From NCBI GenBank assembly GCA_964019335.1, contig OZ025666.1, forward strand, positions 434,001 through 498,000: a DNA stretch of 64,000 nt. The letters run 5' to 3'. A model generated the notes under the pieces. That model did not search any database and was not told where the DNA came from. It saw only the letters and a list, made by a program, of their open reading frames with translations. The DNA is from Diplonema japonicum (lineage: Eukaryota; Protista; Euglenozoa: Diplonemea). Positions 17,915 to 30,050 of the stretch are shown in pieces. Positions within the stretch are counted from its first letter, which is position 1. Each line of letters begins with the position of its first letter. Position numbers and translations under genes: made by a program.

Positions 17915-18790
17915 ATGACGCGTTCCACTATGATGCTTGCGATGCTGCCTGTTGTGGCGTCTCTGCAGATGGAGATGAGCTGCCTGATGGACGTGGGGAT
18001 GGGGGCTTACGGGCTGATCGACGCTGGTCTGGGGATCAACAGCGCTGTGTCCTCGTGCGGGGATGCGGGGAAGAAGGGGCAGTGCACCGCGGACATCGGG
18101 AAGGTGGTGTCTGGTCTGGGGAGCACGAGCGCGTACATCTCGATGGCGGTGGGGGACTGCGGGGGCGAGGGGAACCAGTGCGCGGTGGACGTGTCGCAGG
18201 CGGTGTCGTCCCTCGGGAAGGCTGTGCAGGATGCGGGGAAGGCTGAGCAGTCGTGCAGGCAGAACGCGTCGAGGGCCCTGTGCGCGTCGGATGTGCTGGC
18301 GGCTGGGTCGAAGGTGGCGCTCGCGGCGAGCCAGGTGCAGGCGGCGAAGGGGAGCTGCGCGACCGTGGCGGAGAAGAAGGTGGCGGATTTGAAGAACTTC
18401 AACATGAACTGCATCATGGACGTGGCGATGGCCGCCTTCGGGCTGGTGAACGGGGGTCTCGCCGTGAACGCGGCGGTGGCGGACTGCGGGGCGGAGGGGA
18501 GCTCCGGGGCCTGCGCTGAGGACATCGGGAAGATGGTGTCTGGGCTGGGGTCCGCGAGCGCGCAGATCAGCGCGGCTGTCGGGGACTGCGGCGGGGCGAC
18601 GCAGCAGTGCTCCGTCGACGTGTCGAAGGCGGTGGCCTCCTTCGGGAAGGCGACCGAGGAGGCAGGGAAGGCGGCACAGGTCTGCGGCGACAAGACCCAG
18701 TCCGCCCTCTGCGTCTCCTACCTCCTCGCCTCCGGCTCAGGCATCTCCCTCGCCGTCAGCGACATCCAGGCGGCCTCCAAGTCTTGCTAG
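17915..18790 (+). CDS. Secreted Cys/Ala/Gly-rich repeat protein, 291 aa (copy 1)
   Basis: Signal-peptide-like N-terminus; eight C-x24-C units in two homologous halves; very high GC3. Confidence 0.85.
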   Translation: MTRSTMMLAMLPVVASLQMEMSCLMDVGMGAYGLIDAGLGINSAVSSCGDAGKKGQCTADIGKVVSGLGSTSAYISMAVGDCGGEGNQCAVDVSQAVSSLGKAVQDAGKAEQSCRQNASRALCASDVLAAGSKVALAASQVQAAKGSCATVAEKKVADLKNFNMNCIMDVAMAAFGLVNGGLAVNAAVADCGAEGSSGACAEDIGKMVSGLGSASAQISAAVGDCGGATQQCSVDVSKAVASFGKATEEAGKAAQVCGDKTQSALCVSYLLASGSGISLAVSDIQAASKSC

Positions 18791-19125
18791 GCTGAGATCG
18801 ACTCTTAGTTTGGCGAACGCAAACACCTGTTTTGTGGCATATCTTTGGTAATACATCGACGTGGCGTGTGAAGTGTTGTTTCCTACTCTTGCTCCCTCTC
18901 GGTTCGTGTTGAGATGCGCGTTTTGAAAATTATTTCCCCCCTTCACTTTACCAGTGCGTGAATAATAGGATATGAGGCAGCAGTCCCTGCAAGTGTACTG
19001 CGCCTCTCTTGTCTCTTAAGCTTTTTAAAGTCTTTGTTGTTCCATTTCGTATATCAGATTCAACAATCCTCAGACTCCACTGGGTGGGGAGGAGAGCTTC
19101 TTTTGCTTTCAATTACTCATAAAAC

Positions 19126-22100
19126 ATGCACACAAATGAGTCAGCACTCAACCTGCTGGGGAAGGCGGCAGTTAAAGAGATGCATTGTTTGGAGTTACTA
19201 AAAAAAGCGGTGGTAAAGTCGGACACGGATATAGTAGCAGAGACAATGCAGCGCGTGGCTGCAACAGAACTGAAGTCGATGCTTGATATCCTGAGAGAGT
19301 GCTCCGGTGGGGAAGACGTGAGACACCTTTCCTTCCTCTGCGGGTTGCACATAATCCAAGATTGCGAAAGCAATGACAATGCGAGTGAGCCCGAGGAAGA
19401 AGCCAAAAGGAGGACATCGGTCCTGCCACCTGACTGCCTGCCGCTGGATATACTGCTACATGGTTGCGGTGATCAGTACCCGCACCTTGGCATTCTGAAA
19501 GATGTTGTTAAACTGGAGAAGCAGCGACAAGCTGCCGTACTGAAAAAACTTTCTCTCTCATGCCCTGAGCCTATGTATGGTTTGAAGATACTTGCAGAAA
19601 GCCAACCAGAACTCTTGAGAGGTGTTGGTCTCTTGGTCGAGTCTTCAAAACTCAAAGAACCATCCCCAGCCACTGCCAGTAACACCCACTCAGTGGTGCT
19701 GATACAAGCTGCTGCCAGGGGGTATCTCTCACGCCTCAGCATCATTAGGCTTCGTGGAATGAGTTGCAAAGCCGCCCTTTCTATTCAGCTCGCCTTCCGT
19801 GTCATGCGTGCCCGCAGACGTATTCTTGAACAGCGCAGCCGACACAAGCGGGAGCTAGCTTCTCGTCATGAGCACGCAGCCACAGAGTTTGCAGTGATTC
19901 ATTTGCAGGCCTTTATTAGGGGGTTTCTAGCTAGAAAGATGCTGAAGTTTGAAACGCATGACACATCGCTCGAGCCTATTGTCGACCCTGCCGACGTCAC
20001 TCCTGAGGAAGGCGCCTTAAGCCCGCTAGACCCTTCGAACTGCAGCAGGATCTCGACAGGCAGCAGGCGGAACTCCCGTTCATCAGCATCACCGCGGTCC
20101 TCTTCAGGTTGTCCTGGGATCTTCCTCCTCGCTTCTATGACGGATGCTGCAGGGTTGCAATTACTGCTAAAATCGGCGTCGCAGAAGGAGGAGCCTGTGT
20201 CAGAACCGCGCACGCCACACCAGCCAAGCGAGGGGAACAGAACGTCGAAGCGGAGGTTTAGGCTGCAAAAGAAGAACGGGCGTGTTGCGCTGCTACCGAA
20301 TGAGACAAAGAAGACACGCTTCCACCACGCGTCATACCTCCCGAAGAGGGCGCTGCCCAATGGGAAGAGACCGGCGTTTGTTCTGTTGACTGCGATGGGT
20401 GCAGGCATGCCTGGTTGGGACATCGAACAGTCTCCAGACGTCACCATCGACGAGATCTTTGTCGAGAAGCATGGCGTGAACCTCGACACCGTCTATGACA
20501 GCATCAACCCCTACGGGCCCGGGCAGCCCAACGGCCCACACGCCGCTGAGGTATACGGAAACGGTGTCGTCGCTATCACAAAAGACGAGCTCGTCGAGCA
20601 GCGTGACACCGCCGTCTTCTACAGCCACTTCAAGGGACAAACACTGTCAATGCTGTTGACCGCGGTGACTCAGAGGGAGCTTGCCCCTTGGGTGGAATGC
20701 TTCAAAACAGTGCCCATCAAAGACATCAACAGTCAGGTAGTAAAGCACAGACTGTCACGCATGCTGAACGACCAGCTTGCCATGGCTGAAGGCACGGAGA
20801 CTGGCATGTTAAAGCGTCTGGAGTATCTGTACAAAAAGGCGGACGCCCCTTCGATGGTTGCCGACTCGCTTATCGAGCAGCTCAACACCGACCTTGCAGA
20901 GAGCACACGGATGAAAGAGATCCTGGCACAGGCACTGGAGGCACTGACGCAGCCCATTCCAGAGGAGATCGAGCATATCATGTTCTCAGAGGACGATTAC
21001 ATGCTGGGTCTCTCGCTGGAGGAGATCGCCAACGGGTCGTGTGTGGCGCAGGATGCTGTCTTCATGACGGACGAGATAGGGCAGCTGTGCACATCGGATG
21101 TCATCCACACGGTCTTCGCTCCTTCAATGGCCACCGACACCTCACCCAACAGCCTTCACAACGCGTACAAGCTGGCCCTCACTGCGATGCAGCAACGTGG
21201 CATACAAGTGTGCTGCCTGTCTCCTCTTCTCCCGAGAGCGTCGACAACTAGCATCCAGCACCCCCAGCACACTGTGGCCTTGCATCTCATGGCACTCGCC
21301 GAGGTGCTTACCGAGCAGTCGTGGGGCATGACCTCCTGTTACATCTCTTCCTTCGACGTTCCTGTTGAAATCGCCAGGCGCGCGTTCGAGAAACGCGACG
21401 TTGGCTTTGACCTCGTGGTACATGGCATGGATTCTCTGCACGTGGCTCTGAAGCTGGACCAGCCGTGCGCCCTGCTCGTCCCGTCTGAGCCCATGAACAT
21501 TCTGTGCGGAAGGGTCGGAGCACGTTGGCTTGATGCCCGCGGCAAAGCTTACCGCCAAGAAGAGGAGGCCGTCGCTAACAGCACTGCCATCTTGGCACAG
21601 GCAAACTTCAACACAGTCTACTTCGAGTCTATCAGGCACAAGTTGGTCGACAAGAAGGTCCCTTTATTGCAGAGGCCTCTCCCACCAAAGAAGTCTGCCT
21701 ACAAAGGCAGGGTGGTTGAGTCAAAGCTCCCTGCAGGCCCCGGTCAACGGAAGCAGGATTTGTCAATACTAGCAAAGGTGAAGCAAGTACAAAACAGGGA
21801 CCTCGTGATGCAACAGGAGCTAGAAGAAAGGCAGGAAAAACCCACAGTTGGGAGGCAGAAGATGCTCGACAAAATGCGTGATGACAACGAAGAGAGGCAA
21901 AACTTCATATCAAGGTTGGAGCGCAGGATAGAGCACGGGGCAGAGGCGAGGGAGCTGACGAGAAATGTGATTAAAGACCGTGACGATAGGATCCGGGCAA
22001 GGAAGGAAAAAAGACTGCTGGAACTTCAGATTGTGGAGGAACAAAAGAGAATGCAGAGCGAGGCAGAGGAGGTGCATCGCAAGGAGCGAAATAGGAAGCA

Positions 22101-22950
22101 TCAGGAGCTAGCTGCGGAGCGAATGAGGAGACAGAAGGAGATGAAAGAAAAACAATCGCGCGAGAAGGAAGGACAGCTGATCCTCGCAGAGGCACGTGAG
22201 AACGCCGAACGGCAGAAGAGGGTGCAGGCAGCGAGGGAGCTGATTCTGAACGACAGAGAGAGAGAGGAGAGACGGCTGAAGATGAAGCATGATCGAATGT
22301 CAACAAAGCAGGACAAAAGGGAACAGGAGAAGAAGAAGCAAGAGGACGAGGCAAGAAAGAGAGAAAAACAAGAAGAGACGCGGAGGTGTGTTGCAATTTT
22401 TACCTTTACAACAAAAGAAAATAAAATTAAAAAAGGAAATTGATTGATCGCGCAGCGGAGGACAGGGCAAAACGTCAAGCCGAGAGGGAGGCAGAGGCCG
22501 AGCGGATCGAACAGGCGAAGGAGAAGGAGTTGAGGAGAAAACACGTCCCGAAAAGAGTATTGGTATGTCTCTACAAAAAAAAAAAAAAAAGAAAAATGAA
22601 AATTCCCACAGCCAAGTGTGCTGCCCCCAGTGGACAGGGCCGCTGAGATGAAGGAGCATGCCGGCAAGAGTAAGGCGGCCGCTGCTGCAGGCCAACTGCC
22701 CAGAGACGAGGCTCAGCCTCAGCCCGAGAGGTGGTATGCTTTCAGGATGGGTTTATTGAACTTTTTTTTTTTCCTTCACAGCTCTTCAGCACCGGATAAC
22801 AATGAAGGTCAATTTGAAAGCCCCCCTGCTGACTCACGTGCACAAACACAAGTTATGCCTCGAGCGCCTCAGAGGCACAGCACTCAAAGGTCCGCAAAAT
22901 CTACAAAACCGCAGAAACGGGATGATGGTGGAGCTGCAAAGGCTCGGTGA
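19126..22950 (+). CDS. IQ-motif protein with macro-like domain and charged coiled coil; introns 22386-22435, 22563-22611, 22734-22781
   Basis: IQAAARGYLSR, IQLAFRVMRARR and LQAFIRGFLARK; macro-like VIHTVFAP..SLHNAYKLAL..RGIQVCCLSPL. The introns join ORFs 19126, 22440 and 22618. Confidence 0.75.
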
Positions 22951-23862
22951 GCTAGCCTATCAATAATGGTGGCTATTTTATGTTTTATGTTTTTTTTTTG
23001 TTTTTTGTTTTCTACTTCTGTCTTTGTCTACCCCCCCCTATTTTCCCCTCTCTCCCCTTTCACACTGCCCCACTCCTCTTTTTTTCTTTTCTCCTTCTTC
23101 TGTAACTCTTCTCTGGCTTGAAGAGGGAATGAATAAGGGGAAAAGAATAAGGGGGAGGGAGGGCGGAAAGGCGAGGGGGGGAAAAAAAAATAAAAAAATC
23201 AAAACTGAAAAATCTTTGTAAAGAAGAAAAAAAAGAGCTTTCCCCCACTAGTACTGTTCACCCCTGAGAAGTTCCGGCGGCTGCAACCGACCCCCCCGCC
23301 CCCCCCCGTTGGCCGGTTCTAAAAAAGCTTCTTTGGATAAAAGAGCAAAGTTTTTTAATACATAACGCGAAGTTCCAACTAGTCAACTAAACTGCCTTTT
23401 TTGCTTGCTTTTTTTTTTTTCAGGCGTCCTGCCACATACCGCAGGTACCCTTAAATGTCTCTTTTTTTTTTTTTTTTTTTTTCCTTTTCAACTACGTGAG
23501 TTTCCCCCATCACCACCCCCTTTGCTTCGGCACCACATGCAAATGTGGATTTCCTTCTTTCCAAAGAGTTGGTAGAAATAAAAAAAAATAAAAAAAACAT
23601 TCTTCAAGTTGGGACAATTTACCCAATGTTTACTCTTCTTTTTTTTCTTCTTTCTCTGACGCTCTATGGAAAAAAAAAAAAAAAAAAAAAAAAGGGAAAA
23701 AAGAAAATCCGGTTTCCCTTTTTTTTTTCACTCTTTTCTATTTTTTTTTTTTTTTTTGCTCATGGGAGTCCCTTTTTTTTTGTTCTTCTCCCCCCCCCCT
23801 CTCGATGTTGCTACGAATTTAAAAAAAAAAATGAAAAGGAAGAAAAAAAAAGGGGGAAAAAA

Positions 23863-24684
23863 ATGTCAAAGAAAGACGGTGTCACAAGGCTGCGGAAAGA
23901 ACTGGGCGAGTTCTACAAGGACCCTCCCCCTTTTATCTGTGTTGCGGTCAACGAAAGAAACATCTTCGAGTGGGAGTACTTGTTACAAGGGCCTCCCGAC
24001 ACACCATATGAGGGTGGCGAGTACCACGGCCGGTTAAGGTTCCCTCAAGCCTATCCTCAGAAGCCTCCAGAGATCGTTATGTTCACACCAAACGGGAGGT
24101 TCGAAACATCCACTCCACTATGCCTCTCGATGTCGAGCTTCCACCCAGAGTCATGGAACCCTGTGTGGTCGGTGGCCACGATATTAAAAGGGCTTCTTTC
24201 ATTCATGGTGGAAGACACACACACAGCGGGTTCAATACAACCAGCAAAGACCGACACTGAAAAGCGCGTCATTGCAGGCAAGACGATGGAGGCGAATCGA
24301 GCAAAGTATTTTTTTTTTTTTCAAAAAAAAAAAAAAAAAAAAAAAAAAAATTACCCCAGCCCGACATACCGGAAATTCTTCCCAGACGGGTTCATCCTGC
24401 CAGAGAAGGAAGATAAAAATACCAAAACTGAATCAGCGCCCGAAGCCGACGAAGCACCTGTGGAGAAAGAGGAGGGAACACCTGTCGCCCCTGAAACACC
24501 CGAAGCAGCAACTGAATCAAAAACCATTTTGGCGCCTGGCGCGAAGGTTACCATCAAGGCCATGACCCTAGGAAACGCGAAGTACAACGGAATGGAGGCG
24601 GAGGTGGTGGGCCAGAACGGCCTGCGATGGGAGGTCAAGGTGGAGGGGAAGGTGATTAAGGTCAAGGAAACAAACCTAGCATGA
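23863..24684 (+). CDS. Ubiquitin-conjugating enzyme E2, Ubc6/UBE2J2-like; intron 24306-24359
   Basis: GPPDTPYEGGEYHGRLRFP..YP.KPP.I...TPNGRF....LCLSMSSFHPESWNP.WSV; the 54-nt intron removes the poly-F/K stretch. Confidence 0.9.
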   Translation: MSKKDGVTRLRKELGEFYKDPPPFICVAVNERNIFEWEYLLQGPPDTPYEGGEYHGRLRFPQAYPQKPPEIVMFTPNGRFETSTPLCLSMSSFHPESWNPVWSVATILKGLLSFMVEDTHTAGSIQPAKTDTEKRVIAGKTMEANRAKYFFFFQKKKKKKKKNYPSPTYRKFFPDGFILPEKEDKNTKTESAPEADEAPVEKEEGTPVAPETPEAATESKTILAPGAKVTIKAMTLGNAKYNGMEAEVVGQNGLRWEVKVEGKVIKVKETNLA

Positions 24685-24770
24685 TATTTTAAAAAATAAA
24701 AAAAAAAGATTTTTTTTTATCATCATTATTCTCCACAAAAAAAACACTCAAAGCAAAAAAAAAAAAAAAA

Positions 24771-25868
24771 ATGGCAACCTCAACCTTCAACCTCCAGTCA
24801 GTGGTGCGCCCGAATATATGGAACCTAGCACCGTACACATGCGCTCGTGATGAGTTTAAAGAAGCGAAGGAGGTGATGCTTGATGCCAATGAGAACGCGT
24901 TAGGATCGTGCACAGGTGGGGACATGAAGGACGCCAAGCTTGAAAGGTACCCTGACCCGAACCAAGAAACCCTTAAACAGGGCCTATGCGCCCTGAGGGG
25001 CGGGGGGCTGGCCCCGGAAAACATCTTCCTGGGCGTTGGAAGCGACGAGGCCATCGACATGGCCATCAGGATCTTTTGCAAACCGGGCATCGACAGCATC
25101 ATGCAATGCCCGCCTACATATGGAATGTACAAAGTGAGCGCATTAACCAACGATGTGGGTGTGGTCAATGTTCCATTGACGAAGTCTTTTCAGTTGGACG
25201 AAAGAAATATTTTGAAGACGTTGAGCTCGCAGAAGAACATCAAAATCGTGTTTATTTGCAACCCGAACAACCCTACAGGGAATCTAGTGTCGACTTCAGC
25301 TATTGAAAGGATCGCGAAGGCATTTTCGGGAATTGTGGTTGTGGACGAGGCGTATATTGATTTCTCAAAGCAAGCTGGTTGGGCGGCAAGGGTGAAGGAA
25401 TTTCCCAACATCATCGTGATGCAGACGTTTTCGAAGTCATTCGGCCTTGCTGGAGCGAGGATTGGTATTGCTTACTCCACCCCGCAGATCATCTCCATTT
25501 TCAACAAGGTCAAGGCACCTTACAATATAAACGCGTTGACCTCTTCTGTTGCTCAAAAAGCGCTTTCGTCTGACGCCGGTGAAATGCGTTCGAAGGTTTC
25601 CCTTCTTCTTGCGCAGCGCGAGCGTCTTGAATCCGTTCTTCCGGGCATTCCGGTAGTCGAGAAGGTGTACCCTTCTGATTCTAACTTCCTCCTTGTCAAG
25701 GTAACAAACCCCAACAAGGTGTACAATTCGCTAGCTTCTTCTGACGTTGTGGTCCGAAACAGATGCACGCAGCCTCTATGCGATGGATGCTTGAGAATCA
25801 CAGTCGGCACACCGAAAGAAAATGACACGCTTATTGCGTGCCTTCGGGCAATGTCTTCAAAACTTTAG
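24771..25868 (+). CDS. hisC: Histidinol-phosphate aminotransferase
   Basis: LDANEN, RYPDP, GVGSDEAID, PPTYGMY, CNPNNPTG, VVDEAYIDF, TFSKSFGLAGARIG (PLP Lys), CLRITVGT. Confidence 0.93.
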   Translation: MATSTFNLQSVVRPNIWNLAPYTCARDEFKEAKEVMLDANENALGSCTGGDMKDAKLERYPDPNQETLKQGLCALRGGGLAPENIFLGVGSDEAIDMAIRIFCKPGIDSIMQCPPTYGMYKVSALTNDVGVVNVPLTKSFQLDERNILKTLSSQKNIKIVFICNPNNPTGNLVSTSAIERIAKAFSGIVVVDEAYIDFSKQAGWAARVKEFPNIIVMQTFSKSFGLAGARIGIAYSTPQIISIFNKVKAPYNINALTSSVAQKALSSDAGEMRSKVSLLLAQRERLESVLPGIPVVEKVYPSDSNFLLVKVTNPNKVYNSLASSDVVVRNRCTQPLCDGCLRITVGTPKENDTLIACLRAMSSKL

Positions 25869-25965
25869 AAATCAGAGGAAAAGAGAGAATAAAAAAAAAA
25901 AAGAATAGAGCGACCCAATTTAGTTTTTTTTTTTTTTTTTTTTGGTCCTTTTTTTTTAAAGATTC

Positions 25966-26040
25966 TTGGCAACATGTTTCGGGTTGTCAAACTTCTCCAG
26001 GTTTTACTCGGCACGTACAAACAACGGCCAGTTCCTCTTT
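25966..26040 (+). repeat. Short form of the 58569-58866 repeat
   Basis: Matches both ends of the long copy and carries one CGTACAAACAA where the long copy has two around a ~170-bp insert. Confidence 0.8.
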
Positions 26041-26741
26041 TTTTTTTTGTCTCCAAAAAAGAAAAAGGAAGAAGAAGAAGAGAGCTTTGGTATACTTTTT
26101 TATTAGAAAGAAAAGAAGGGGAAAAAAGGGGGGGGGGGGGGGATTCCTATTTTGAGGTGAAAGGCTTGTCCAAAGCGATGGCCGTTTTTAGAGTGACATT
26201 ATTTTTTATTTGTGATGAAGTGAGCAGCCACCCACCCTTGCACGCTGAGTTTTCTTTTTATCGAGTCCTACCTTTGCTCTCGCTGCTTCTCTTTCTTTCT
26301 CCTTGGCTCTCACCCCCCCCCCCCAATTTGTTTTATTCTATTTCTTGCAGGCGCGGACCGCTTTTCTTTTTTGTATTTTTTAAAAAAAAATATAAAAAAA
26401 AAGGTGTGCTGCTGTTCCGACTGTATTTTCTCCCCTCCATCTCTTTTTTTTTTGTGTGTGGTTACTGCGGATAGCAAATAAGGGGCAAGCAAGCGAGGGG
26501 GGTCAAATTTTGTAGTAACATTTAAAAAAAAAGAAATGGGGGAACCCACTTACTTCTCCTCCCACCACCAAACCCCCCCTCCCCCCTTACACTTTTCGCA
26601 GAAAAAAAAATGCTGCCCAGCAGTAACTTTATATTTTTATTTTCTTTCCCCGATTTGATGACGAAACGCGTTTTTCATTTTTTTTCCCCCCTCCTCGTTG
26701 GCTTCCTTCAGTGACACACAACACCACCCATAGGCCCGTAG

Positions 26742-28801
26742 ATGTCGAGTGCTTGGACAGATGAAAGTGATTTCGATGACATAATAGCAGAGGCAGTCCC
26801 CACATTGAGGGGCAACCCAAGCATCGCAGCGAGCGAGGGGCCATCGCGAGGTAGAGCGAAAATACCATTGACGACAGTGTGTATGGACAAACTGGCAGAT
26901 GGGCTGAATTTAAGAGTTACGAGTATAACGAAAAGGCTGGCAGCAAATGTGTTGGGGAAGAGCCCACCACCCACCTTCATGGAGAATAAGTCGCTGAGCA
27001 GAACGCCGTACGACGTGGAGAGGCTGTCGCCTACTTCTGACTTCACGTTGGGGTCTGTGGATGACCCAAGCATCCACCAGTCCTTCACCGCAATTGCTAG
27101 TGTGAATGCGCACAACCGGCGGTCTATCAACGACTCCCCCCTATCCTCCATCGCATCGGGTCCTGAGCTGATGTTCCCTGCGGTGGACGACGGCCTTGGG
27201 TGGATCGAAATACCCAAACGTGATACGCAAAGATCTAAAGAAACCGGTGAGTCTGACCCTGACGACATTACCTCCCCCCTCCAACCCCTCCTCGATAGAG
27301 AGGCCCGCCTCCCCCCCTCTGCAGGTGCCCTTCTCGGCACCGCCACTGACGCCATGTCGTCCTGGCTCCAGACCACCGTTCCCAAACTCCCTTCACGGAC
27401 ACAGATGGATATCGTCCAGGATGCTTCTGGTGCTGCCTATGGCACCGTCAAGTCGACGAAGGCAACCGGCACTAAGCGAAACCTTAAAAGGAAGCTTAAG
27501 TTGCCGAAGCTCCCCAACGAGGTGAAGTCCGTGAAGATGTACCAGGACCCCGTGGTGTGACAACGAGAAGAAGGGGGGGGGAAAGAAAAAAACAACAACA
27601 AATAAAAAAAAAATACACAGACATCGCAGATCTTCCTCAGCGTGATACTGTCGCGTCCGCTGCTGGCATGGGTCGCACTATTCCTAGCGGCGGTGGCTGA
27701 GTGCTTTCAGAGCTATATCTTGATGATGGAACTGCGGAAGAAGACGCAAAACGAGCGGTCCCCGCTGTTCAGAGAGACGGATGTGAGCGTGACGGAGATA
27801 TGGGTGATGGAGGGGCTACTTCTGTTCATGTCGATGTGCTGCTGCGGGGGGTGGGTGTTGGGGGAGTTCGCTGAGAAGCGCACCACCGAATATCTACGCA
27901 GCGCGTACGGCATCATGCACTCCATGCTGCTCATGGTGTCCTTCGGTGTCTACACCGTCCCGTGGACAAAGCACACAGCACAGACAGGATGGGTCAGCCT
28001 GCTGTACGCAATGCCGCCTGTTCTGATGTCATGCGCGAAACTATTTGCGGAGCAAAAGGTACCAATACGGCATTTGCTTGGAGTTGCGTTGCTGATAGCA
28101 GCTTTTGGTGGTGGAACGAAGCTGCCTGACGGTATTCACAATGACAACTGGTACACGTGGATTACCATCACGATGGGGTGTGTGGGGTTGGCTACTTGTG
28201 TGTGGTCGACAAAACAGCTGAGACCGCACCTCCCCTTGCCGTTCATGGTGCTGTTGATGGCGTTGGGGGGCTTCATGGGGCAGATACCCTTCGCCGTGGA
28301 TTCACGCATCGATGGTGAAGCCGCAAGGCACGACCTACAAACTCTTTTCTTCGGATGGACCAACAACACCAACGTCGCACCATGGATGGGCCTCACTGCT
28401 CTGCATGGTGTAACCCTCGCAGGGTGGACCTGGTCCATCATGTACCTCTCACCTCTCTCAATCGCTTCTGCTCTTGTGGCACAAAGGCTTGTAGCAATGT
28501 CGGCTTTGTCCCTTGCCCATCCCCATGAAGATACCCCTGGTGTGCCGGCCAGGCTGCTGCCGCTTGTTCCACTATTTTTGGGTATTCTTGTGATTTGGTT
28601 TTCGGATTACAAAGACACCGAGCGGCTGGTATGTGGAAATATTTTAAAGGAAAAAAAAAAAAAATGCAGATCGAACTTCAAGAAAACCAGCCTCGCACCC
28701 CTCAGTCCCAAGCGCGAAGCTTTTCCCATCCAGCAGAACGGGGTGAGCTGATTGCTCATTCACTGTTGAGTATTCATGGGGGTCTAAGCGATGCAACGTA
28801 G
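26742..28801 (+). CDS. Multi-pass membrane protein (EamA/DMT-like) with disordered N-terminus; introns 27555-27620 and 28629-28669
   Basis: The 66-nt intron removes the stop at 27560 and joins ORF 27642 in frame; ~10 hydrophobic segments; the 41-nt intron leads into the ORF ending at 28801. Confidence 0.7.
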
Positions 28802-29528
28802 CGAAAAGGGGGGAGGAAGGAAGAGAAGAACGACGATTTTTTTTTTTTTTTCAAAAAAAGAAGTTTTAATTTAAACGTGTGTTTTTTTTTTTCTTTTTTT
28901 GGCTAACACTTCTTCCAAAAAAAAAGAAAAAAAAGTGAAATTTTCTTCTTTTTTTCTTTTTTTTTTTTTCCCCTTAGACTCAGTGGTCCAGTGGTGGCGT
29001 GATGTTGACAAAAAAAAAAAGAAAGAAAAAGAAAAAGCAGAATCAGAAATGAGGGCAGCAGGTTGTTGACTGGCCTAATTAGGTTTTTCTTTTTAAAAAA
29101 AAGATTTTTTTTTTCCCTCGTGTGTACTTAACATGGAACAGACAATGGTTGAAGCAAATTAAAACTATGGAACTTTCGATTTCCCGAAAACCGATTTGAA
29201 AACTTTTTTCCGTTCCATATTACGTACAATAATACAAAATTTCTTTTTTTTTTTTTTTGGTGTTCTTCATTTGCTGTAATCAAGTAGGCAGTGCTTGTGC
29301 AGGGTGCCACTAGCACTGGCCTCGGTCCCTTATCTCTTATTTTTTTTTTTCCCTTCTTTCTCTCGTGAGTGTTTTGTGTGTGTTTTTCAGAAAGAAAGAA
29401 GAATTAAAAAAAAATAATTTTGGTCCTTAGTTTTTTTTTTTTTTTTTTCGAAAGACATGGGAAAAGAATGGAAAAAAAAAAAAAAAAAACAAAAAAAAAA
29501 AAAACTTCGAATCTAGGTCAAAGAGAGG

Positions 29529-29560
<32 letters not shown>

Positions 29561-30050
29561 TCTATTATTTTTTTTTGTGTGACACAACGCGACGGCCAAT
29601 CCTGCCTTCTTTTTTCTTTTTTTTAAGAGGCTGTCTCCAAGTGGGGTCGCCTTTTTTTATTTTGAGTTTTCTTCCCCCCCCCCTTTCGTTTACCCTTGGT
29701 TGAGTCACAACAAAACACAGCACTTTTCATAGGTTTGTTTACTTTGTTCCCTCCGGCGGGTTTTTTTTTCTCTTTGCTCCGCTCTCTACTTGTTTTTCCG
29801 TCTTTTTCGTCACATCTTTCCAAAAAAAAAAAAAAAACCTTTAAAAAATTCTTTTTTTTTTTTCTTCCTAAAAGTATTTATGTATATCCCCCCCTATCCC
29901 TTCCCATTCATCCAATACCAAAAACACAACAAAAATGAAGGGAAAAGAAAAAAAAAAAAAAAGGAAAAAAAAAGAAAACCATGGCCAACCGGTGTCCTGT
30001 GAAACTTCTTACACGACCGGTGACGATAAACTGTAGCTAAAAGACAGCAA

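Noticed and set aside
18007-18693. 228-aa antisense ORF in each repeat-gene copy, and antisense ORFs over GH47 and other genes
   Set aside because: Expected shadow ORFs of high-GC3 coding sequence; no independent motifs.
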